Shown here piece by piece: positions 8,756-15,945 of a stretch of 64,000 nt of DNA (within the stretch, counting starts at the first letter, position 1; each line of letters opens with the position of its first letter). Position numbers and translations under genes: made by a program. Below the pieces are notes generated by a model, which worked only from the letters and a program-made list of their open reading frames with translations, was not told where the DNA came from and made no database searches. Source of the stretch: an uncultured virus (IMG/VR IMGVR_UViG_3300020044_008989) (lineage: Duplodnaviria; Heunggongvirae; Uroviricota; Caudoviricetes); the IMG/VR virus record IMGVR_UViG_3300020044_008989, positions 84,421 to 148,420 of that record, one strand, 5' to 3'.

Positions 8756-8968
8756 ATGAACGAAATCATTGCAGACACACCCGACAAAATCGCCTTTTTC
8801 AAGCTCTGCTCCCTGCGTGGGGCGCTCCGATTGGAAGCGGCAGGAATGAAATCACGCGGGAAATCCGCCACTAGCATAGCCAAATCCCTAGGCTACAAAG
8901 GAAAAACCGCTGCTGATTTGTATTATGCTGTCAACGCCAAAATCCGAGAGCTTAACCCTATCGACTAA
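8756..8968 (+). CDS. Small basic early protein
   Basis: TTGATT-16-TACTGT-6-ATG. Confidence 0.85.
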   Translation: MNEIIADTPDKIAFFKLCSLRGALRLEAAGMKSRGKSATSIAKSLGYKGKTAADLYYAVNAKIRELNPID

Positions 8969-8975
8969 TCCATCG

Positions 8976-9010
8976 CCCTAGTGGGGAAAGTCTCCTCACT
9001 AGGGAATTTT
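8976..9010 (+). terminator. Intrinsic terminator-like hairpin
   Basis: CCCTAGTG-...-CACTAGGG followed by AATTTT. Confidence 0.6.
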
Positions 9011-9059
9011 CGGGCGATATTTTTGTTGACTTATTCTCTAGGACGTGGTAACTTGTTAT

Positions 9060-9115
9060 GGTCCCCAAGTCTAAAAACCATAAAAGTCCAGATTCCCTTA
9101 GAATTCTCGGTCTGG
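9060..9115 (+). ncRNA. Candidate small RNA, GG(A/U)C family copy E
   Basis: TTGACT(9026)-17-TAACTT; GGUCCCCAAGUCUAAAAACC resembles copy C; stem CCAGA/TCTGG. Confidence 0.5.
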
Positions 9116-9131
9116 CGTCTCGTGCTTCCGT
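9088..9131 (-). ncRNA. Candidate small RNA, family II copy 2
   Basis: Reverse promoter TTGACT(9165)-16-TATGTT; homologous to 4974-5013; convergent with copy E. Confidence 0.45.
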
Positions 9132-9253
9132 GCATATAACATAGAGAGGGCTGAACAATAGTCAAACTATTTCTATTATTAATTTTGAGAAAAAACTTTT
9201 GGCGCGGCAATAAATAATTGTTGATTATAGGGGCGCATGGGTTAGAGTGATAC

Positions 9254-9466
9254 ATGAAAGAAAAATTCACTTTTGAAGTCACGGACACGTTCGGCGGTGA
9301 TGCGAACTACCGCTGGGTACGCAGGCATGAGATTGAAGCTAAATCCCTGCATGGCGCGCTTTGCATTCTTTCGCGCATCGAAGGGCTGAATTTTCGCTCC
9401 GTTGGGTGTGATCGCTATGATGCGCGGGGCGCTTGCATTTGCGCTTTCTTGATAGAGGAATATTAA
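9254..9466 (+). CDS. Small phage early protein (TDTFGGxANY motif)
   Basis: TTGATT-16-TAGAGT-5-ATG. Confidence 0.85.
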   Translation: MKEKFTFEVTDTFGGDANYRWVRRHEIEAKSLHGALCILSRIEGLNFRSVGCDRYDARGACICAFLIEEY

Positions 9467-9508
9467 AATAAAACTTGCGTGCCAATAAATTCTCTGGTAT
9501 AGTCTCCT

Positions 9509-9865
9509 ATGAACAAAATCACCCTCGCCTATCTCGTTTGCGCTCTTTGGTCATCCACACAAGATGATGGTTCGCCTTTCGATGATGATTATGGAGTTGA
9601 CGATTTTCACCCTGATTCTGTAGAAAAAGCAGCGGGCGAAATAAGTGATTTTCTTAGTCTGTTGGAGGCCGAAAATATCCTATGGGAGGAAGAAATGTCT
9701 GAGGAAAGTTTCGGTCATGATTTTTGGCTTACTAGGAATCGTCATGGCGCGGGATTCTGGGACAGAGGCTTGGGAGACCTAGGGAAAAAGCTTACCGATT
9801 GGGCACACTCCTATGGTTCGTCGGATGTTTACTTAGGCGATGATGGGAAAGTGCATTTGTCCTAG
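9509..9865 (+). CDS. Acidic phage early protein (GHDFWLTRNxHGAGFWD motif)
   Basis: TTGCGT-17-TATAGT-5-ATG; motif recalled from uncharacterised phage early proteins. Confidence 0.88.
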   Translation: MNKITLAYLVCALWSSTQDDGSPFDDDYGVDDFHPDSVEKAAGEISDFLSLLEAENILWEEEMSEESFGHDFWLTRNRHGAGFWDRGLGDLGKKLTDWAHSYGSSDVYLGDDGKVHLS

Positions 9866-9929
9866 CGGAAAGTAAATAATTGCAATTAAAAGTTGCGCGC
9901 CAGTTTTCTCTGTGCTATCTTGTCAGGCC

Positions 9930-10175
9930 ATGAACGAAAAAATCTTTTCCATCCTCTCCAATATGTTTCCAGGTTTGCCAGTCGAAAAAGCAATCGGAGA
10001 AAATGCCAAGCAAGTACGTTTTCTTACTGATACGCATGAATGCAGCATTACCGTTTTCGAGCCTAGGAATAATACTGAAGACAAAGACTTAGCCACTCAG
10101 AAGAATTATTCTAGGAATGATAATGATATTGTCTGGCTTGGCAACGTAAGATTTTCCGCCACCAATCGCATTTAA
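9930..10175 (+). CDS. Hypothetical early protein (start 9930)
   Basis: TTGCGC-17-TATCTT-8-ATG. Confidence 0.75.
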   Translation: MNEKIFSILSNMFPGLPVEKAIGENAKQVRFLTDTHECSITVFEPRNNTEDKDLATQKNYSRNDNDIVWLGNVRFSATNRI

Positions 10176-10192
10176 CCCGTCAAATACCCTAT

Positions 10193-10459
10193 ATGAAATC
10201 CCTATCCCTCCGCTATCGTGTTTTCTCTGTCTCCTACGTCCCCGCGACAAATACTCGCCCATGTAGGGTAAAAATTAAAGACTGCCGCCGAAATGTCTCT
10301 AGGATTATCAACTATGGCGCAAATAATAATCCAGGGGAGGATTTGGAAATAACAGCGCGCAAATACTTGCTTTCCCTAGGCATCGAGTGTCAGGCGCTAG
10401 GGATGTGTGAGAGGGATTTTTTCCTGCTGTCTGAGGATTTCATGACCCCCCTCTCCTAA
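10193..10459 (+). CDS. Phage early protein (YxxxTNTRxxRVK motif)
   Basis: ORF co-oriented downstream of 9930. Confidence 0.8.
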   Translation: MKSLSLRYRVFSVSYVPATNTRPCRVKIKDCRRNVSRIINYGANNNPGEDLEITARKYLLSLGIECQALGMCERDFFLLSEDFMTPLS

Positions 10460-10590
10460 CGAGTGACTAGGTGGCTCCCCTATAGAGGTTCTTAGGGGCG
10501 GGCTCTCGTTTGTGAGAATAATTATTTTTTATTCTTCGCCAAAAGATGTTTTTTCGTTTGAAGGGTGAAAATTTATCTGGTATATTGAGA

Positions 10591-10762
10591 GCGGAAAGAG
10601 ACGCGAGCGGGATAACAAGTACCCGCAAGATCGGCAAGCCTCTTGTCCCTGCCCACATATGGCCTTGATCTCGCGTAGCGAGTTAGCCAGACCGCTAGCA
10701 AGATCACGCCTTTTTAAAGGCGTTGCAATCCGCGCCCATCACTAACGAGGGGCGCGGATAAA
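10591..10762 (+). ncRNA. Structured 5' leader/ncRNA of the last early operon
   Basis: TTGAAG-17-TATATT promoter, ~190 nt before next ATG; stems ACGCGAG/CTCGCGT, GCGGG/CCCGC, ACGCCTT/AAGGCGT, ATCCGCGCCC/GGGCGCGGAT. Confidence 0.6.
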
Positions 10763-10780
10763 CAACGTAATTTTAAGATC

Positions 10781-10987
10781 ATGACAAAAAAAGAAATCAG
10801 ACAAACGGTTCAAGATGAGATTGCACTCGAAAAAGCTGAATTCCAAGCAGCACGCGCAGAGTTCTATCATGAGTTTTCCATGCATGGCGGGGATGGACCT
10901 TGGAACAACTATGGCGAAGATGAACCGCAAGAAAAGTACGTCCCCCGTCCCGCAGTTTACGCCAGCCCATCAAATTCGCCCTTTTAG
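10781..10987 (+). CDS. Hypothetical protein
   Basis: First ORF after structured leader. Confidence 0.7.
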   Translation: MTKKEIRQTVQDEIALEKAEFQAARAEFYHEFSMHGGDGPWNNYGEDEPQEKYVPRPAVYASPSNSPF

Positions 10988-11066
10988 CTTTCCCGCCCTG
11001 CCTAGCGCTTCATGCGTTAGGCAGTGGGGAGCGCTAATGCTCCATTAACAACTAAAAACAAAAGAC

Positions 11067-11426
11067 ATGAACCTAACCCAATCCGATAAGCTAGCCATCC
11101 AAACAATCCTTTCCGCAGGCCATGAGGAAAGCGCGGAATCGTTCGAGCCGCTCGAAAGCAGCCCGCGTTTCGATTATTCTGCTATTCGTGATCGAATAAA
11201 CGGTTACGCGCCCCCTGCCCCCCGTAACTATGCGCCAGCATACGAAGCGGAAGAATCCCCAGACATTGGAGAGGATGAAGGGGATGAAGAGCTTGAAAGC
11301 CTCCTGCGCTCCTTTGCTCGCGACAAGCAAGGGCGCGAAGTCTCGCCCGATTTCCTCCCTTCCATGCGTAACCGTGGCGCTATTCGTGCCGAGCTTTCCA
11401 GCATGGGTGTGTCGTGGGGCGAGTAA
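11067..11426 (+). CDS. Acidic low-complexity hypothetical protein
   Basis: ORF with A-rich SD-less 5' region. Confidence 0.75.
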   Translation: MNLTQSDKLAIQTILSAGHEESAESFEPLESSPRFDYSAIRDRINGYAPPAPRNYAPAYEAEESPDIGEDEGDEELESLLRSFARDKQGREVSPDFLPSMRNRGAIRAELSSMGVSWGE

Positions 11427-11484
11427 GTATTCCACCTATGATCACACTACTCTTTATCCTTATTATCTTAGGGGCCATTATCCT

Positions 11485-11586
11485 ATGATTAACGAGTTCC
11501 TTTCTATCCTCTCTAATGCCTCCCCCTATGAGTTAACCCTCATAGGGGGGGCAGTCCTTTCCCTAGTTACCCTCCAGTTCACCTAG
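11485..11586 (+). CDS. Small putative membrane peptide
   Basis: MINEFLSILSNASPYELTLIGGAVLSLVTLQFT; hydrophobic. Confidence 0.5.
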   Translation: MINEFLSILSNASPYELTLIGGAVLSLVTLQFT

Positions 11587-11587
11587 T

Positions 11588-11761
11588 ATGCCATCAATCT
11601 TTTCCCTACTGCATAGGGATTCATGGGGTTTCCGCCTATGCGATACCGTAGGCGAGGCCCATTACCTCCTGAGTCGAATGACTAGGGAGGGCTGGTCAGA
11701 GGATAGGTACTCTGACTACTATACGCACGAAAGACACGAGTGGTTGCGCGCTCGCATCTAA
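11588..11761 (+). CDS. Small hypothetical protein (57 aa)
   Basis: ATG 1 nt after previous stop. Confidence 0.5.
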   Translation: MPSIFSLLHRDSWGFRLCDTVGEAHYLLSRMTREGWSEDRYSDYYTHERHEWLRARI

Positions 11762-11826
11762 GGACCATCACATGCCCGCTAGGCGATTCCCCTAGCCTAG
11801 CGGGTCAACGTTAGGGGATTTTACCT

Positions 11827-11940
11827 ATGGAATACCTACTCGCCTCACTGATCGCTTCCCTACTTCATGAGGGCGCGCCCTTGCCAGTGGCTACGGCCAC
11901 CGCTTATTACGAGCTAGGGTTTGACATGGCGATTGCCTAG
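11827..11940 (+). CDS. Small hydrophobic protein (37 aa)
   Basis: MEYLLASLIASLLHEGAPL... Confidence 0.45.
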   Translation: MEYLLASLIASLLHEGAPLPVATATAYYELGFDMAIA

Positions 11941-12048
11941 TCACTGCCTCGCCTATGGGGCGCGCATCGCCTCTGATGCGCGCCCTCCCTTCCATCGTTT
12001 GCCTAGTGCCTCACCTGCATGAAGTAGGGGCGGCACTATCACCAGACT

Positions 12049-12264
12049 ATGAAACCATCTTGTCCCTACGGGACGTACCAACGTGCCATTAGTGGCCTTC
12101 ACTTAAGCCAGATCACCCCGCGCTTACTAGTTAGGCGTATTCACGCTAGGCTAAACGGCCCTGCGCGCAAGCTTCACAAGTTCAGGGAAGCGAGGCATTC
12201 CCTTATCAGGGGGGCATTCGAACACCTAGAGGAGGACAAGCAAACGTTTAGGATGTGCTCCTAA
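12049..12264 (+). CDS. Basic hypothetical protein
   Basis: ORF track; co-oriented. Confidence 0.65.
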   Translation: MKPSCPYGTYQRAISGLHLSQITPRLLVRRIHARLNGPARKLHKFREARHSLIRGAFEHLEEDKQTFRMCS

Positions 12265-12282
12265 CCCATCATCATATTACCT

Positions 12283-12453
12283 ATGAACGACCTATACCAA
12301 GACGACTTCGCTTCTAGTGATCTCCCCTCATGCTGGTACGATTACTACCTAGACATGAGGACTAAGCAGTACTGTACCCACTCAGAGGCTTACCTAGCCA
12401 CTAAGCAGGAGATGGAGTACGCCCACTTGCTTAGCTCTATGGGCATCCCCTAG
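12283..12453 (+). CDS. Small hypothetical protein (56 aa)
   Basis: MNDLYQDDFASSDLPSCWYDYY...; last + strand gene of the early block. Confidence 0.55.
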   Translation: MNDLYQDDFASSDLPSCWYDYYLDMRTKQYCTHSEAYLATKQEMEYAHLLSSMGIP

Positions 12454-12775
12454 GGGATGCGACCCCTCTATAGGATAGATACCTATCAGGGGATTAGGGC
12501 TGGACTAGGTAGGATGACTAAGAGGGTGGCCATTTCCTTAAAAGATTGACCTAGGTAAAACGCCTATGGCGGCGGGGGGTAGTCTTTATACTTCTCCCGA
12601 ATTATTTTCGTAGAATGGCTGTGTCGATCTTTATGTTGCCCTACAGTCTATCTACTCTCTTATACCCCCCCCCCAATAACAAAAACAATTAGAAAAGTCT
12701 GAAATAAAAACCACAAGCGTTTCTAAAAAAATACGCGGCGGTTATTTTCCAGGATGACTTTCTCAAATCTGAGAA

Positions 12776-13232
12776 TTACAAATCCACAACTCTGCCCAAC
12801 GGCCCAAAACATTCATGGAATCCTTCCTTATTAACTCCCCAATAAACAACACAACAAGCCATCGGCGCTCCTTTCGGGTCTTCCTTTCCGTCAATCCAGA
12901 ATTTGAGCCGCGAATCTTTTAAGAAACAAATGGCGGCGGCAGTTTCCCATATCTTGTAAAAGTGTCTGGTGTTCGTGGCTACGGGGATTAACAGTAAAAT
13001 TTCGTTATTGCGGCGCGAAAAAGTTTCGACGGCTTTGTTCACCCAATTAAGGAGAGAAGTCCTGTCTTCTGGGTTTCTACCATAGGGCGGATTACAAAAG
13101 ATTTTCCCAAACCAGTCTTAAGTTAATCCATGAGGAGGGCCAAAAGAAACATGTGCCCCAACCATCGAATGTCCATTAGAACAAGGGTCTAAATCAATAC
13201 GCCCAAACAATTTATTTGCGGCGGCAATAATT
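12776..13232 (-). pseudogene. Phage N6-adenine DNA methyltransferase (Dam-like), interrupted
   Basis: Reads IDLDPCS...GLT*DWFGKIFCNPPYGR...LLIPVATNT..; in-frame TAA at 13120-13118; no ATG or N-terminal WxTP motif. Confidence 0.8.
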
Positions 13233-13685
13233 TTAAAACTCAAACCTCTTATATTCCCCAGTTAAAACCCAGTGCTCCATATCAAAGCACGCAACACGAT
13301 TATTATATCTTTGGTAAAAACCCTTATTAACGTTGTCGCCAATCCAAACCGCAAGCGGGCGAAGTTGCCCTTCGTCATTTAGCGCCGCCTCTAACAATTT
13401 AGACGCAACGCCCTTCCTTCTTTCTTGTGGATCGACAAAAATTCCGAAATCTGCATAAACATCATATCTATAGAGCAAATCTTGAACCATGGCCCACCCC
13501 AAAATTTTTCCGCCGCTCTGCTCTATATATATATCACAAAGAAAATCATTCTTCTTGTATTTATTTGCCGCAAGCCAACAAACCTCAAGATACATTGCCA
13601 AGTAGCCACGGGTTGGTTCGTGGCATAATTTTTTAAGGCGCGAAAAAGTTTTGCGGTCCAGGTTGTAAATTGATACTTTTTTCAT
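13233..13685 (-). CDS. GNAT family acetyltransferase
   Basis: IFVDPQERRKGVASKLL (motif A) and NKGFYQR. Confidence 0.85.
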   Translation of the reverse strand: MKKVSIYNLDRKTFSRLKKLCHEPTRGYLAMYLEVCWLAANKYKKNDFLCDIYIEQSGGKILGWAMVQDLLYRYDVYADFGIFVDPQERRKGVASKLLEAALNDEGQLRPLAVWIGDNVNKGFYQRYNNRVACFDMEHWVLTGEYKRFEF

Positions 13686-13696
13686 AATCGTTCAAC

Positions 13697-13921
13697 CTAC
13701 AAAATAATTGTTTGCGCCGCGAGTTTTTGTTTTAGTTCTTGTATTTCTTTTTCCATCTTCCACATATCGCAATACGAAGCGTGCCCATGAGGAATTTCGC
13801 CGCCGTACAATTTACATTCGCCCGTTAAATCGGCTAACCAACTGCCGTCTTGTTTAAAAATAGCCTTCATGAAAGAAAGCCGTTCTTTAAGGTTATCTTT
13901 GATTGGTGGTTGTTTGGTCAT
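13697..13921 (-). CDS. Hypothetical protein
   Basis: Likely start ATG 13921 in - strand operon. Confidence 0.65.
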   Translation of the reverse strand: MTKQPPIKDNLKERLSFMKAIFKQDGSWLADLTGECKLYGGEIPHGHASYCDMWKMEKEIQELKQKLAAQTIIL

Positions 13922-14099
13922 GTTTTTTCTTTTGGCGGGCGATATATTTGTCGTTTGGATAATAAAACGTGCAACCACATTGTCCAGCGTTTTTATGGGA
14001 CGAATCGTGGCACCATCCCGCATTTTGATAGTGGTCCTTGGGATAATGGCCGCAATTACATTTTACGCGGGCAAATTTTTTATTGGCGGCGAATTTCAT
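13893..14099 (-). CDS. Small Cys/His-rich (Zn-binding) protein
   Basis: CxCGH...H...C...H...CxC pattern; ATGA overlap with upstream gene. Confidence 0.7.
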   Translation of the reverse strand: MKFAANKKFARVKCNCGHYPKDHYQNAGWCHDSSHKNAGQCGCTFYYPNDKYIARQKKKHDQTTTNQR

Positions 14100-14251
14100 T
14101 TTTCCTCACAAGAGATTACATATTCAGGCCACTCGTCCAATTCAAACGAGTCTAGAATCTTGCCGTTTCGTTGTCTCGCGTCTTCCTCAGACGCGGCTTC
14201 AATTTCATATAGGGCGATTGAGCTTCTTTTTTCTTTTACGATGTAGATCAT
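14096..14251 (-). CDS. Small hypothetical protein (51 aa, not in ORF track)
   Basis: MIYIVKEKRSSIALYEIEAASEEDAR...; IEAxSEEDA motif common in small phage proteins. Confidence 0.7.
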   Translation of the reverse strand: MIYIVKEKRSSIALYEIEAASEEDARQRNGKILDSFELDEWPEYVISCEEK

Positions 14252-14253
14252 AA

Positions 14254-14460
14254 TTATTCTTCGGGGTTAAAGTCTTTCCAGCCAGTGCCGTCATCTATTT
14301 GAAACTCCACAGAAAGTTCTTCTTCGCCGCCTCCGCCGCCATAAAGAAATTCCCCTGTTTCATCTGAGACAAAAAGATAATGGCTTTTAATGTCATCCAT
14401 TAGATCGTTCTCGTGATGAGTATATTCCCTAATTACTGTGTAGATTTCTCGAATTTTCAT
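14254..14460 (-). CDS. Acidic hypothetical protein
   Basis: Start ATG 14460 abutting upstream stop. Confidence 0.7.
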   Translation of the reverse strand: MKIREIYTVIREYTHHENDLMDDIKSHYLFVSDETGEFLYGGGGGEEELSVEFQIDDGTGWKDFNPEE

Positions 14461-14461
14461 T

Positions 14462-14959
14462 TTAGGCTTTTGGGAAAAATGTTCGCCCGTCTCTTTGCCA
14501 CAAGATGTTTGCCTGATAAAGCTCTGGGGAGTTTTCTCCATGTCTTTCTGCTATTTCCTTGAACCAGCCAAGCATATAGTCAAACTTCTTGATCTTCAAC
14601 TTAACCCTACCCGCATCGTCAGTTTTAATCAACCCTTCTTTATCGCGCACAACAACTAATCTGTAGAGTTCCCTGTCCAACAGCGCCTCCCGTTGAAGTT
14701 CATTCATAGCGTTAAACGCATCGCGGTCAATAACAATCTCAGCATCAAGCGCCCCTTTTACGCGGCTTCTTAAATTGGAGATTTTAATGTTGGCGGCAGA
14801 AGGGTAGCCGTTTGTTTTGACGGGAAATCCGCCCTTGTCGTCAAAGGCGAAGATTGTGTCAACGGTAGCGTCTGCTTCTACAAGTTCGGGGTGATTGGCG
14901 GTGATTAGTTTCGTGATTGTTTCGGAGATTGATGATGGGGTGATGTCGAATGAGGGCAT
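14462..14959 (-). CDS. Phage metallopeptidase-like protein, degenerate zinc site
   Basis: DAEIVID...L...QREALLDRELYRL...D..GR.KL; family normally ALLDHELxH. Confidence 0.7.
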   Translation of the reverse strand: MPSFDITPSSISETITKLITANHPELVEADATVDTIFAFDDKGGFPVKTNGYPSAANIKISNLRSRVKGALDAEIVIDRDAFNAMNELQREALLDRELYRLVVVRDKEGLIKTDDAGRVKLKIKKFDYMLGWFKEIAERHGENSPELYQANILWQRDGRTFFPKA

Positions 14960-15002
14960 GGTGTATTTGGGGGTTTGGGGATTAACTTGCGAGTTTAGTT
15001 TG

Positions 15003-15209
15003 TTAAGAGTTAACTGGAGAAAGTTTTGCGCCCCAATTGAAATCGTCATAAAATTTATTTGTCACTGGAACTACTGACATATCTACTCCCATTTGAGATA
15101 AAAAATATCCAGCCAAAAACGGCCCAATCTCTGGGGTGAGTCCGTTAAATTCGTATTGTTCTGCGTGCGCTACCGAATATGCGTTAATAGCGAAGTCTAG
15201 TGTTGTCAT
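15003..15209 (-). CDS. Hypothetical protein
   Basis: ORF track. Confidence 0.65.
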   Translation of the reverse strand: MTTLDFAINAYSVAHAEQYEFNGLTPEIGPFLAGYFLSQMGVDMSVVPVTNKFYDDFNWGAKLSPVNS

Positions 15210-15258
15210 GTATTTATATGTTGCTGTTTAGTGGGTTATTTATCAAAGGTTGTTCGGA

Positions 15259-15702
15259 TTAATGGGTGTAAGCTCCCGACACCCCTTGTTCATTAAAAAC
15301 TATTACCATTGCTCCGTTAACCTCGTATGGTAGGGTTGTCAAGTTTTTGCACATGAATTTTTTGTCTTTGTATGGGTCGTAAGTTATTTTAGCGGGGAGG
15401 CCGCGTTTATCTGCCGCCGTTGTTCCCATCCCTCCTCTTGGGGAGACAATACCAACGATGTAGGCGTGGACGTTTTTGCGTTTATCTTTCAAAACTTTTT
15501 CGCGGCCAGAATTTCTTACCACACACTCGCAATCGTGAAGCATAATCTGGTTCGTATAACCCACGACCAATCCGCCTTGGCCGATTGAGTATTTTTTGTC
15601 TTTGCCGCCATGTAGGTTTCTGTAAACTTTTACTGGCTTGTCGAGATTTATTTCGCGGCCAAGGCGGGGGATGAAGTTATTGTCGAGTCCTATGTTTGTC
15701 AT
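15259..15702 (-). CDS. Phage protein (VYRNLH...KRKNVHAY motifs)
   Basis: Motifs recalled from a widespread uncharacterised phage family. Confidence 0.8.
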   Translation of the reverse strand: MTNIGLDNNFIPRLGREINLDKPVKVYRNLHGGKDKKYSIGQGGLVVGYTNQIMLHDCECVVRNSGREKVLKDKRKNVHAYIVGIVSPRGGMGTTAADKRGLPAKITYDPYKDKKFMCKNLTTLPYEVNGAMVIVFNEQGVSGAYTH

Positions 15703-15929
15703 TTATTAAATTCTTCAATGTTCAAAAGCAAGAATGCTTGTTTACAGCACTTCTCCGTGATTCCTAGTTTGGAAAAGAAAGTGGCCAAATGCATTTCCCC
15801 TCCAGAAATTCCAACGCATCCATCATACCAGCCGCCGATTTTTAGCCAGTTGGCGGATTTGACGTAGGTGATGTCGATGCCAGAACGGTCTGCGTCCTCT
15901 GGTAGGTAGAGTGTTTTGGGTTTTGCCAT
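15699..15929 (-). CDS. Hypothetical protein
   Basis: ORF track, coupled overlap. Confidence 0.7.
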   Translation of the reverse strand: MAKPKTLYLPEDADRSGIDITYVKSANWLKIGGWYDGCVGISGGEMHLATFFSKLGITEKCCKQAFLLLNIEEFNK

Positions 15930-15945
15930 GAGTTAGTTTATCTCT

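Larger units (their letters stand above)
271..9921 (+). promoter_or_regulatory. Array of ~27 sigma70-type early promoters, nearly all giving leaderless mRNAs
   Basis: TTGCGC/TTGACA/TTGATT-type hexamer, 16-17 nt spacer, TATANT-type hexamer, then 5-6 nt to ATG (e.g. 271/294/ATG305; 1239/1261/1272; 5095/5118/5129; 7169/7192/7203; 9475/9498/9509); AT-rich UP-like tracts upstream. Confidence 0.92.
11430..12680. repeat. CCTA/TAGG-rich zone ending in GGGGGGTA...TACCCCCCCCCC; candidate terminus/pac region
   Basis: About 45 CCTA/TAGG in ~1.14 kb by manual count; G6 (12574-79) and C10 (12665-74) runs; convergence point of + and - gene blocks. Confidence 0.55.

Noticed and set aside
4221-9115. CRISPR array or Cas13-repeat mimic (AAACGAAGGG resembles part of Cas13a repeats)
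   Set aside because: Copies are dispersed, in both orientations and not regularly spaced; the resemblance is about 10 nt and on the strand opposite the promoters; no cas genes other than tnpB.
13118-13120. Stop-codon reassignment
   Set aside because: Single case; long ORFs translate cleanly in code 11 and TAA, TAG and TGA all terminate genes.
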